DNA of 64,000 bases from an uncultured Bacilli bacterium (GTDB lineage Bacteria > Bacillota_I > Bacilli_A > RF39 > UBA660): assembly GCA_934120015.1 (NCBI GenBank), contig CAKOTD010000001.1, positions 836 to 64,835 on the forward strand, in the 5' to 3' direction. Every line of letters starts with the position of its first letter. The stretch's first letter is position 1. Positions 18,229 to 27,557 of the stretch are shown here, piece by piece. A program made the position numbers and the translations under genes. The notes beneath the pieces were generated by a model. It was not told the origin of the DNA. It saw nothing but the letters and a program-made list of their open reading frames with translations, and did not search any database.

Positions 18229-21200
18229 CTATTCTAAACTCTTAAGAATTTTTAATCTTTCTATTGCATTATTTTTATTTTCTTCTAATAATTTATCTGC
18301 ATATTCACTATTAACTTTATGTAACATTTTATATCTTGTTTGCTTATTTAAAAATTCATAATAAAGTTCAAAATCTATATCTTTACTATCTAAATAAAAC
18401 TTATTTTCCTCTGGATTTCTTCTAAATATTGGAAAATATCCACATTTAACAGCTAGTTTTTCCATCTCTACACTATTTTGCATTCCGCCTTCTATTCCAT
18501 GAGAAATACATGGTGTATAAGCTATTATAATTGATGGTCCTTTATGATTTTTGGCTTCAGTAAATGCTTTTATGGCCTGCATACCATTTGCACCTAAGGA
18601 TATTTGGGCAACATATGCATTTGGATAAACTAAAGCTATTCTTGCTAAATCTTTATTATTTTGATGTTTTCCAGATGAGGCAAAAGAAGCAATGGCACCC
18701 TTAGGACTAGCTTTAGATGCCTGACCACCTGTATTAGAATATACTTGTGTATCTAATACTAATATGTTTATATCCTCATCAGATGCAAGTATATGATCAA
18801 TTCCACTAAATCCTATATCATAAGCCCATCCATCTCCACCTATTATCCAAACATTAGCATAAGGAATATATTGTTTCAATTCTTTTAATTCTTTCGGGCA
18901 ATTATCATAATCAAGTTTATTATATACTTCGTTTGTAATTTCATAACTATTCATGTTACTAATCCATTTTTCAAACAACTCTTTATTGGATGTATTTATA
19001 TTATTCTCCATAATGTTTTTTATTCTATTCCTTATTTTATTTTGACCTAAATATATTCCAAATCCATATTCAGCATTATCTTCAAATAAGGAATTTGCCC
19101 ATGGAATGCTATATGGTGTTATTGGGGCACTACCACCATAAATTGATGAGCAACCAGTAGCATTTGCAATTATTAATTCTTTACCAAATAATTGAGTAAG
19201 TAATTTAATGTATGCTGTTTCCCCACAGCCACTGCAAGCACCACAGAATGAAAATTTAGGTTTTTCAAATTGACTACCTTTTATAGTGTTAATACCAAAT
19301 AGATTTTTATTACTAATATGTTCATTTAAATAATTAAACATACTCTGTTTATTTTCAGCAATTTCCTTAGTTAATTTTTGAGGTATTAAAGCTTTATTCT
19401 TGCTCATACAAGAATTTATACATACTCCGCAACCTGTACAATCTTTAACAGAAATAGCAATTATGTAATAATACTTTTCTCCTTTAATAATAACTTCTTT
19501 AGCTTCTTGTTTAATATTATCACTTGAAGCATAATATTCTTGTTCATTTAATAAAAATGGTCTAATTACACTATGTGGACATACAAAAGAACACATATTA
19601 CAAGTAATACAATTATCTTGTATATATTCTGGAACAATATCAGAAATTCCTCTTTTTTCTAATTTGCTTGTTCCTGCTGGGAAATGTCCATTATTTATTT
19701 TCAAGAAAGATGAAACAGGAAGTTCATTTCCTCTTCTCTTAGTCATCATGTCAAAAATACTATTTTCATCTACCTTTATTTCAAACGTTTGCTCATTATC
19801 AATATTTATTTTTTCTAAATAATTAATAGAATCTTCCATAGCTTTAATATTATTACTAACAATCTCATCACCCTTTTTAGAGAACTTATTAGTAACATAT
19901 TGTTTTAATTTATCAAATGCTTCATCAAAGTTAAGTATATTAAGTAATTTAGTAATAGCAGTTTCCAAAATTGTACTTATTTTATTTCCAAGTCCATTTT
20001 TACGAGCAATCTCGTAAGCATTTATTTTATAAACACTAATATTTCTTTCATTTATTATTTTTTTTGCGCTACTAGATAATATTTTATTAATTTCATTTTC
20101 AGTTTTCATTGTATTAATTAAGAAAACACCATTTTCTTTAATATCAGCCAGTATATTAAATTCTTTTAAATAACTATCTTTTGATAATATAACTAGTTTA
20201 GGATTCTGCACATAATAGGTTGATCTAATTTTTTCATCACTAAACCTTAAATGACTAATGGTAACGCCACCGGATTTTTTTGAATCATACTGAAAATAAC
20301 CTTGTACGTACTTATTAGTATTATTACCTATTAATTTAATTAATGTTTTTGAAGCACTAACCATTCCATCAGAACCATATCCATATATTATTATTTCATC
20401 ACTATTGCTAATCTTAAAACTATTATCAGTTTTCAAACTATGCATAGTAACATCATCATCTATACCAATAGTAAAATTATTATATGAATTATTTTCTAAC
20501 ATGTCATAAACACTCTTAATTTGGGCTGGAGTTGTATCTTTACTAGATAGGCCATATCTTCCACCAAATATTTCTATTTCTAAATCTTTTAGAGCAGCTA
20601 CTACATCTAAGTAAAGCGGTTCTCCAATACTGCCATGTTCTTTTGTACGATCAAGTACTGCTATTTTCCTCACTGTACTTGGTAATACATCGAGTAAATA
20701 TTTTATACTAAATGGTCTATATAAATGCACTTCTATTAAACCAATAGTATTATCATTTAAATAATCTATTGTTTCTTTTATTGTTTCACAAACAGAGCCC
20801 ATTGCAACTATAACTTTTGTAGCACTATTACTTCCATAATAATTAAATGGTTTATAAGAACTTCCAAGTTTTTCATTAACTTTTTCCATATAGTATGAAA
20901 CTATATCACTAACTTTTTCATAAATACTATTTTTAGCTTCCATATTTTGAAAATAAATATCATCATTTTCAGCCATTCCTTTAGAATATGGGGCATTAAT
21001 ATTTAATGAATTATTTCTAAATTTATTTATAGCTTCATAATCAATAATATCCAAAAAATCTTCTTTTTCTAAAATATCTATTTTTTGTATTTCATGACTT
21101 GTTCTAAAACCATCAAAAAAATGGAGAAATGGTAAACTTAGTTTGATAGCGGATAAATGAGCTATAGCGGAAATTACAGCAGTATCTTGTACAGAAGAAG

Positions 21201-21624
21201 AGGCAAGAATACAGAAACCTGTACTTCTTGTAGCATATACATCCTGATGATCTCCAAAAATCGAAAGAGCATGAGTTGCCAAACTACGTGCTGCAACATG
21301 AATAACGCAAGGAAGTAATTCTCCTGCCATTTTATACATATTAGGAATCATCAATAATAATCCTTGACTAGATGTAAATGTTGTTGTTAAAACACCTGAA
21401 CTAAGTGAACCATGAACTACGCCGGCTGCTCCAGCTTCACTTTGCATCTCAATTACCTTTACTGTATCATTAAAAATATTGGTATTATTTTTATTGCTCC
21501 ACTCATCTACATGTTCAGCCATAGGACTTGATGGAGTAATAGGATAGATTCCAGCTAGTTCTGTAAAATAGTAAGCTACTCTTGAGCAAGCTTCATTTCC
21601 ATCAACTGTTATAGTTTTCTTCAT
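18229..21624 (-). CDS. nifJ: Pyruvate:ferredoxin (flavodoxin) oxidoreductase
   Basis: 1131 aa. N-terminus TVDGNEACSRVAYYFTELAGIYPITPSSPMAE, two 4Fe-4S ferredoxin motifs (CITCNMCSFVCP and CTGCGVCINSC), and the TPP domain motif GGDGWAYDIGFSG. Confidence 0.95.
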   Translation of the reverse strand: MKKTITVDGNEACSRVAYYFTELAGIYPITPSSPMAEHVDEWSNKNNTNIFNDTVKVIEMQSEAGAAGVVHGSLSSGVLTTTFTSSQGLLLMIPNMYKMAGELLPCVIHVAARSLATHALSIFGDHQDVYATRSTGFCILASSSVQDTAVISAIAHLSAIKLSLPFLHFFDGFRTSHEIQKIDILEKEDFLDIIDYEAINKFRNNSLNINAPYSKGMAENDDIYFQNMEAKNSIYEKVSDIVSYYMEKVNEKLGSSYKPFNYYGSNSATKVIVAMGSVCETIKETIDYLNDNTIGLIEVHLYRPFSIKYLLDVLPSTVRKIAVLDRTKEHGSIGEPLYLDVVAALKDLEIEIFGGRYGLSSKDTTPAQIKSVYDMLENNSYNNFTIGIDDDVTMHSLKTDNSFKISNSDEIIIYGYGSDGMVSASKTLIKLIGNNTNKYVQGYFQYDSKKSGGVTISHLRFSDEKIRSTYYVQNPKLVILSKDSYLKEFNILADIKENGVFLINTMKTENEINKILSSSAKKIINERNISVYKINAYEIARKNGLGNKISTILETAITKLLNILNFDEAFDKLKQYVTNKFSKKGDEIVSNNIKAMEDSINYLEKINIDNEQTFEIKVDENSIFDMMTKRRGNELPVSSFLKINNGHFPAGTSKLEKRGISDIVPEYIQDNCITCNMCSFVCPHSVIRPFLLNEQEYYASSDNIKQEAKEVIIKGEKYYYIIAISVKDCTGCGVCINSCMSKNKALIPQKLTKEIAENKQSMFNYLNEHISNKNLFGINTIKGSQFEKPKFSFCGACSGCGETAYIKLLTQLFGKELIIANATGCSSIYGGSAPITPYSIPWANSLFEDNAEYGFGIYLGQNKIRNRIKNIMENNINTSNKELFEKWISNMNSYEITNEVYNKLDYDNCPKELKELKQYIPYANVWIIGGDGWAYDIGFSGIDHILASDEDINILVLDTQVYSNTGGQASKASPKGAIASFASSGKHQNNKDLARIALVYPNAYVAQISLGANGMQAIKAFTEAKNHKGPSIIIAYTPCISHGIEGGMQNSVEMEKLAVKCGYFPIFRRNPEENKFYLDSKDIDFELYYEFLNKQTRYKMLHKVNSEYADKLLEENKNNAIERLKILKSLE

Positions 21625-21648
21625 AATATCACCTCTTTTATTATAACA

Positions 21649-21674
21649 AATAACAAGACTTATGTCTTGTTATT
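21649..21674 (-). terminator. Hairpin AATAACAAGAC(ttat)GTCTTGTTATT between the ytxH-like gene and PFOR
   Basis: 11-bp stem read directly. It overlaps the ytxH-like stop and is followed by TTGTT on the minus strand. Confidence 0.5.
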
Positions 21675-22089
21675 TTTCACTTCCTTTTTCCAATCTTTTT
21701 AAAACTTCTTTTGTTACTACTATTGTTTTCTCACGAATTGCAGCTGCAGTTTTTTCTAAAACAGGAGTTCCTTTTTCAACCGCATAATTAAATAAATCTT
21801 CTGCTTTATCCCTCAACATTCCTGCTTTTTCTTTTGCAATTTTTAAAACTTTTTCTCTATCTAAATCTTCAAGTTCAGTTTTTATTTCATCAACTTTTTC
21901 TTCAATATTTTCTTTGACTTCTTGCATATCTAAATTTTTTGCTTTGTTAATCATTTCATCTAATTTGTTCTTTAATTCTTTTCTTGTTTCACTACCCTTT
22001 TTAGGTGCAAACAAAACTCCTAAAGTAGCACCAACTAATGCTCCAAGGACAAATTTTCCTTTAGAATTTTTTTTCTTATCTTTACTCAT
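21670..22089 (-). CDS. ytxH: YtxH-like general stress protein
   Basis: N-terminal TM helix followed by APKKGSETRKELKNKLDE, and a helical Lys/Glu-rich remainder. The start was moved to MSKDKKK at 22089 because the AAAGGAG RBS spacing fits that codon. Confidence 0.7.
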   Translation of the reverse strand: MSKDKKKNSKGKFVLGALVGATLGVLFAPKKGSETRKELKNKLDEMINKAKNLDMQEVKENIEEKVDEIKTELEDLDREKVLKIAKEKAGMLRDKAEDLFNYAVEKGTPVLEKTAAAIREKTIVVTKEVLKRLEKGSEK

Positions 22090-22384
22090 AATCATCTTCT
22101 CCTTTTTTATCTTTCTTACTTTTTCTTTTTTTAAATAAACTAGTAATACTATTTGTTACAAAGTTTACTATCTTATCACTACATGATGAAACAAAATCTG
22201 CTGCTGTATCTAAAAGTGAAACAGCTTTATCTAATTTTTCAATATTATTATTAACACTATCTATGGTTTTATTAATTCTTTTTACTGTAGATAATAATTT
22301 AATTAATAGTATTATTAGTACTACTACTAATATAATCAAAACAGCATATAATATGATAGGTAAAAGTGAATGTAAAAACTCCAT
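22082..22384 (-). CDS. DUF948-like (YtxG-type) membrane-anchored protein
   Basis: 100 aa with one N-terminal TM helix and a helical tail. It lies directly upstream of the ytxH-like gene, as in the Bacillus ytxGH arrangement. Confidence 0.55.
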   Translation of the reverse strand: MEFLHSLLPIILYAVLIILVVVLIILLIKLLSTVKRINKTIDSVNNNIEKLDKAVSLLDTAADFVSSCSDKIVNFVTNSITSLFKKRKSKKDKKGEDDYE

Positions 22385-23412
22385 TATTTTTCCTCCTTAT
22401 CGTACATTGAATCAATCAAATTAAATAGATCACTGTCATTTAAATCACTTGAATCATTATAGGCATTTTCTATTTCGGTACTTGAAACATTTATAGGAAG
22501 CTCAATATCTTCATCTTTCATTTCCTCATCCAAACCAATTGTACCAACTGTTTCTTCATCATTTAAATTATCATTAATAGAAACATTTTCTATTTCGTCC
22601 TCTAACGAAGAACTCTTTATATCATCTTTTTCATTTTTTACATTTCCTGTTTCATGTTTCTTAAACTCAAAAGCAGATTTAAATTCATCGTCTTTCAGTA
22701 ATGATTCAATATCAGATTTTAATCCATCTTTGGTTAAATCTCTCTTTTTGTCTTCCTCAATAGCATTGGCAAAGTCAAGTTCATTGAAAATTTCATTATC
22801 ATCCTCAAGCTTTCCATGTTTTGGAGTATTATCAAAGTTTTCATTAGATAAAAGTGTATTTTCCAAGTCATCTTCTAAAGTGCCAAAAGCTTTATTTCTA
22901 ACATCATCAATTGTGATAGGCTTATTTGATTCTTTATAAGAAGTTCTAGTAGTTGTTGTAACAACGATGTCTTCTTTATAATAATTTTTATCTAAAATAC
23001 CATATACTGGAGAAATAATTGGCGTAGGTTTGAAGACCTTTTTTTCTCTCGTTTCGATATTTTTCTTATTATTATATGCTTCTTTATAACTTTCCCTGTG
23101 ACCACCATTATCCTCATTTTTCTTTATAGGTTGCATTTCTTTTTTTGGCTGTACAACATTTTTCTTTTCTGTTTCCCTTTTTATTTCTTCAAAATCTTTA
23201 TCATCAAAATACACAGGAAAAACAAATTTTTCATCTTTTTTTGCTGGTTGTACAGGTTTTTCTTCTTCTTTTAACACCGGTGCCACAGGAGTAGACTTTG
23301 TTATATCAGGTTGCTCACTTCTCTTAATAGAAGTGAATTCTTTTTTTTCAGGAATTACTTCTTCCTCAACTTCTTCAACGAAGATATTTTTAAATTTTTG
23401 CAATAGTCCCAT
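22384..23412 (-). CDS. Acidic low-complexity protein with an N-terminal amphipathic helix and a K.FK.T..ISPVYG motif
   Basis: MGLLQKFKNIFVEE start, very Glu/Asp/Lys rich, and the motif KKVFKPTPIISPVYGILD. Start and stop overlap the neighbouring genes (TAATG junctions). Confidence 0.65.
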   Translation of the reverse strand: MGLLQKFKNIFVEEVEEEVIPEKKEFTSIKRSEQPDITKSTPVAPVLKEEEKPVQPAKKDEKFVFPVYFDDKDFEEIKRETEKKNVVQPKKEMQPIKKNEDNGGHRESYKEAYNNKKNIETREKKVFKPTPIISPVYGILDKNYYKEDIVVTTTTRTSYKESNKPITIDDVRNKAFGTLEDDLENTLLSNENFDNTPKHGKLEDDNEIFNELDFANAIEEDKKRDLTKDGLKSDIESLLKDDEFKSAFEFKKHETGNVKNEKDDIKSSSLEDEIENVSINDNLNDEETVGTIGLDEEMKDEDIELPINVSSTEIENAYNDSSDLNDSDLFNLIDSMYDKEEK

Positions 23413-24092
23413 TATTCCACCTCTTCTTTATTACTTTCTTGATTTTCTAAATCTACATTTTCTTTATTATCTTCCTCAATACTATTTCCATCATCACTTT
23501 TATAATCAATATGATTAGTAATAGTTTTTCTAGGAACAAATAAATCATAAATTTCTTCTTTATTTGTTAAATAATCTTCATTCAACATTAATTTTATAAC
23601 ATTATGATTAAATTTAATTGTCGAAAGAATGTATGAACAATTTAAAATTACATCATTTATTTCTTCTTCTTCAACAATGGTTTCAATTTTTGCATAATTA
23701 TAAACAAATGTTACTAAATATTTATTATCTTTTTTCTTTATTTCTAAATAGCCATCTCTACCATTTATATCAATTTTCTTTGAATAATATAAACTTTTAT
23801 CTTCGGTATATGAAATAGCTGTTTGATAATAATAGTTAATCGCATCTATATATAGATAATAATAATTACCATTTGAGTATAATTTATCATTTAATTCATC
23901 CGTATCAATATAAGTAACACCCCTTGGTATATAATACTTATATCCTTTACCAACTCTATTATAAAGTTTGTTTTCTTTAGATAATATTATACCTATAGTA
24001 TTATCAATATCTGTGGTATCTATGCGAACAATTGTACATCCACTAGTAAATAGTAGAATAAATAATATAAATATTTTTTTCATATTCACCAC
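23412..24092 (-). CDS. Lipoprotein of unknown function
   Basis: Signal peptide and lipobox (FILLFTSGC). The true start is possibly the ATG at 24083 (MKKIF). Confidence 0.65.
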   Translation of the reverse strand: MVNMKKIFILFILLFTSGCTIVRIDTTDIDNTIGIILSKENKLYNRVGKGYKYYIPRGVTYIDTDELNDKLYSNGNYYYLYIDAINYYYQTAISYTEDKSLYYSKKIDINGRDGYLEIKKKDNKYLVTFVYNYAKIETIVEEEEINDVILNCSYILSTIKFNHNVIKLMLNEDYLTNKEEIYDLFVPRKTITNHIDYKSDDGNSIEEDNKENVDLENQESNKEEVE

Positions 24093-24165
24093 TCTTATAA
24101 TAAGTATATCAAAAATAAAAAAGAAAAAAAAGCCTTTCTTTTCTTTCGTGTAAAGTTATGTATAA

Positions 24166-24795
24166 TTATTTCTGAACATCAACCATATATATAGGATTAC
24201 CAATCGAAGCAAATTTATGTTCATACTCGGTTTCTATATTTTCGATATAACCACTATTATGGAGATCTAAACTAATATCATTAATTTTATATTCATTATT
24301 AACAAATGACATAAGTGAAAATTCAAATAAGTTTCTATTATCAGTTTTCTGAATAATATGGTGATTTTCTTTAAACAAATTATCATATTTCTCTAAAAAA
24401 TTCTTACTAGTAAGCCTTCTATGCTCATGTCTTTTTTTAGGCCATGGATCAGAAAAGTTTAAATAAATTACATCTATTTCTGAAGAAAAAACATCTTCTA
24501 TTTTAGAAGCATCCATTCTTATTAATCTAATATTTGGAAGTTCGTAATTGTCTAGTTTTTCAATTGCTCTAACTATAACACTATCATATTTTTCAATACC
24601 AATAAAATTTATATTTGGGTATTTCATAGCCATCCCTATTAAGAAATCACCTTTTCCCATACCAATTTCAATATGTATTGGATTATTATTATTAAACACT
24701 TTTTTCCATATTCCCTTATAACAATTATAATTTAAAACAATATATTTAGAATTTTCAATTTTTATACCAGCACCTTTTACATGTTTTAGTCTCAT
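24166..24795 (-). CDS. trmB: tRNA (guanine46-N7)-methyltransferase TrmB
   Basis: IEIGMGKGDFL SAM-binding motif plus FSDPWPKKRHEHRRL, the TrmB hallmark. The start was moved to the ATG MRLKHVKG at 24795. Confidence 0.9.
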   Translation of the reverse strand: MRLKHVKGAGIKIENSKYIVLNYNCYKGIWKKVFNNNNPIHIEIGMGKGDFLIGMAMKYPNINFIGIEKYDSVIVRAIEKLDNYELPNIRLIRMDASKIEDVFSSEIDVIYLNFSDPWPKKRHEHRRLTSKNFLEKYDNLFKENHHIIQKTDNRNLFEFSLMSFVNNEYKINDISLDLHNSGYIENIETEYEHKFASIGNPIYMVDVQK

Positions 24796-24903
24796 AAATT
24801 CACCTTCTAGCACAAATAATATATCATAATTAATTACTTATAACAAGAACAAAATTGTGATAAATGCATATAATTAATTGAATAATCAAAAAGGAGTGAA
24901 ATT

Positions 24904-25191
24904 ATGAAAAAAGATAGAAATTGTGGAGCAACTCCATACCCTATATATAATAATTATCAAGCTATGCCAACTATGCCGATTCCAAATATGATGGGCCCTA
25001 TGCCAAATACTATGATGGCACCAATGTATACACAGCCAATAAGCCAAATGCAAAGTAATACTAGTGATTATACTAATTTAGAAAATCAAATAAATATGCT
25101 TGATAGAAGAGTTACAAAATTAGAAACCATGATTAATTCTACAAGTACATATAACAGCAATTTCAATGATTCAAATTATCATGTAATGTAA
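24904..25191 (+). CDS. Small Met/Pro/Asn-rich protein, 95 aa
   Basis: AAAGGAG RBS. PTMPIPNMMGPMPNTMMAPMYTQP low-complexity N-terminal half and a short coiled-coil-like C-terminal half. It has its own terminator. Confidence 0.6.
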   Translation: MKKDRNCGATPYPIYNNYQAMPTMPIPNMMGPMPNTMMAPMYTQPISQMQSNTSDYTNLENQINMLDRRVTKLETMINSTSTYNSNFNDSNYHVM

Positions 25192-25207
25192 GCCTTTAGG
25201 CTTTTTT
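25190..25207 (+). terminator. Short hairpin AAGCC(tttA)GGCTT plus T-run after the 95-aa gene
   Basis: Read directly. It overlaps the stop codon and lies 15 nt before the dapF ATG. Confidence 0.5.
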
Positions 25208-25222
25208 CTTATAGGAGGATTT

Positions 25223-26041
25223 ATGAATTTTTCCAAAATACATGGATTAGGAAATGATTATATATATTTTACAGATTTAAAAGAAGAGATAGTTAATTTT
25301 AGTGATTTATCAGCTAAACTATGTGATAGACATTTAGGAATTGGAGCAGATGGAATAATAATTCTTTGTAATTCAGCAATTGCAGATTATAAAATGAAGA
25401 TATATAATTCTGATGGTTCAGAAGCTGAAATGTGTGGAAATGGAATAAGAGGACTAGCAAAATATATCTATGAAAATGATTACTCAAATAAGAAGAAAAT
25501 AAATATAGAAACACTTGCTGGTATAAAGCAGTTATTACTTGATATAAAAAACAATCAGGTTATAAATGTTAAAGTTGATATGGGTAAAATTGACTTAAAC
25601 AATTATAATACTGGTACTATTAAAGTTGATAATAATGAATTAAGTTTTATTCATATAAATATAGGGAACCCTCATACAATAATATATACTAATAATTTAG
25701 ATAATTTAGACATAAAGTACTTAGGCCCTATTATTGAAAATTATAATTTATTTTCAAATAAAACTAATGTTGAATTTGTACAACTGATAGATCATAAGAA
25801 TATTATAATGAAAGTATGGGAACGTGGTAGTGGAGAAACATTATCATGTGGAACGGGTGCTACTGCTAGTGTAATAGCATGTATAATTTTAGGAAAAACA
25901 AATAATAATTGTAATGTCCATATGAAACATGGTATTTTAAATATTAATTATGATGAAAATAATAAACATATATACTTAACTGGGGAAACTCAAAAAGTAT
26001 TTGATGGAACAATAGAAAAAAAGTTATTTCGAAAAAAATAA
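25223..26041 (+). CDS. dapF: Diaminopimelate epimerase
   Basis: FSKIHGLGNDYIYF start, with catalytic Cys motifs EMCGNGIRG and LSCGTGATAS. Confidence 0.93.
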   Translation: MNFSKIHGLGNDYIYFTDLKEEIVNFSDLSAKLCDRHLGIGADGIIILCNSAIADYKMKIYNSDGSEAEMCGNGIRGLAKYIYENDYSNKKKINIETLAGIKQLLLDIKNNQVINVKVDMGKIDLNNYNTGTIKVDNNELSFIHINIGNPHTIIYTNNLDNLDIKYLGPIIENYNLFSNKTNVEFVQLIDHKNIIMKVWERGSGETLSCGTGATASVIACIILGKTNNNCNVHMKHGILNINYDENNKHIYLTGETQKVFDGTIEKKLFRKK

Positions 26042-26046
26042 CTTTT

Positions 26047-26586
26047 TTAATTTCTTTTTAATACTTTTTTGTGAATATATTTTTTGTTATCTTTATCAAT
26101 GAAGAATGCCCTATTACCTTTTTGAACCAAAGATAATCCATTTTCATCAAATTGTTTAGCATAATTGTAAGATGGATTAATTAAAAATTTAAAATCTTTG
26201 TCAATTAATCCATATTTATTATCAACAACAACCCAGGCTACTCCATTATGAAAGTCAGTAGCATACTCATAATAAGGGGAAACTTGATTACCATTTTTAT
26301 CAATATACATACATCCTAAACTCGGATCATACGTAAGAGCGTAACCTTCATGAAAATCACTTACTTCAAAATATTGTAATCGAATTACCTCATTGCCAAA
26401 TAAATCTACAAATCCCCAACCATTTTCATTTCCAACAGCTGCAAGATCTTCACTAAAATCATTAGCGCAAACATAAATAGGTTTGATAATAACATTTCCA
26501 AATTCATCTTTAAAACCTATATTTCTATTCTCATCAAAAAAAATATTTCTTTCTATTCTGTCATTATCTTTTACTGCATTTATCAA
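26047..26586 (-). CDS. WG-repeat (KWG-type) protein
   Basis: Repeated units of the type G(W/Y)G(F/L)(V/I)D..G..VI.P.Y, for example NENGWGFVDLFGNEVI and NKYGLIDKDFKFLINPSY. Confidence 0.7.
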   Translation of the reverse strand: MINAVKDNDRIERNIFFDENRNIGFKDEFGNVIIKPIYVCANDFSEDLAAVGNENGWGFVDLFGNEVIRLQYFEVSDFHEGYALTYDPSLGCMYIDKNGNQVSPYYEYATDFHNGVAWVVVDNKYGLIDKDFKFLINPSYNYAKQFDENGLSLVQKGNRAFFIDKDNKKYIHKKVLKRN

Positions 26587-26688
26587 TTTATACCTCCATA
26601 ATATCTACAACGTTCAATAAGGATATGATATCATAATTAAAATTCAATATCAATATATTATTTATTTTTTAATATAAACTTAAAGGTT

Positions 26689-27507
26689 CTATTTTTTTAT
26701 TTTATACTCAAATAATGCTGACGGTCTATGTCCACCACCCGTTTGCATTTTATTTGTCTTTATAACTTTACCTGCTATTATTCTCCTAAAAGCAGGGGCT
26801 AATAATTTTTTACCTAAAATTACTTCATAAACTTGTTGTAATTCACCTAAAGTAAAATATTTTGGCATCATATTAAATACAATGTCAGTATACTCTATTT
26901 TATTTTTTAGTCTTTCAATTCCACTTAATAAAACTCGATCATGATCAAAAGCAAGATAATCATTTTTATAAGTCAAAAAGTCATATCTATCTGTTGATTT
27001 GTCCCTTAATATCTTTTTTATTATGACCGTAAAATGCTCTATACCATTATCAAGTGTTATGTGTACACTTTGCTTATCTTCTAAGATAGTTATATTAAAC
27101 CATGATGTATTAGGAGCAAGAGCCACATTTAACTTATTTTTATCAATAAGTGACATATATGATGTTGAAACAATACGCATTCTAGGATCTCTTTTAGGAT
27201 CACTAAAAGTATATAATTGTTCTATATAAATATTTTCTAAGTTAGTTTCTTTTTTTAATATTCTTTTGGCAGCTGTTTCTAAATCTTCATCCATACCAAT
27301 AAAACCACCTGGTAGGCACCATTTATCTTTAAATGGAAAATCAGTTCTTTTTGTAAGTAATACACTAAATTTCTTTTCTGTTAGTTTACGATAATTACCT
27401 GTATTTTCACTTGATACACTAAGAATCAATATATCTGCAGTCATTGATAATTTTTCATAAATACTAGAATCATAATGTTTTAAAAACTCTTCTTCTGTTT
27501 TATACAT
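26689..27507 (-). CDS. nrtR: NrtR-like Nudix-related transcriptional regulator of NAD metabolism
   Basis: N-terminal Nudix fold with a degenerate Nudix box (GGFIGMDEDLETAAKRILKKETN, where the catalytic EE has become KE). C-terminal winged-helix segment FTLGELQQVYEVILGKKLLAPAFRRII. It is the last gene of the NAD operon. The start was moved to MYKTEEEF with a GAGGTG RBS. Confidence 0.7.
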   Translation of the reverse strand: MYKTEEEFLKHYDSSIYEKLSMTADILILSVSSENTGNYRKLTEKKFSVLLTKRTDFPFKDKWCLPGGFIGMDEDLETAAKRILKKETNLENIYIEQLYTFSDPKRDPRMRIVSTSYMSLIDKNKLNVALAPNTSWFNITILEDKQSVHITLDNGIEHFTVIIKKILRDKSTDRYDFLTYKNDYLAFDHDRVLLSGIERLKNKIEYTDIVFNMMPKYFTLGELQQVYEVILGKKLLAPAFRRIIAGKVIKTNKMQTGGGHRPSALFEYKIKK

Positions 27508-27557
27508 ATTACACCTCATATTAACAACTTAATTATATCATAAATATTTAAAAAGAA

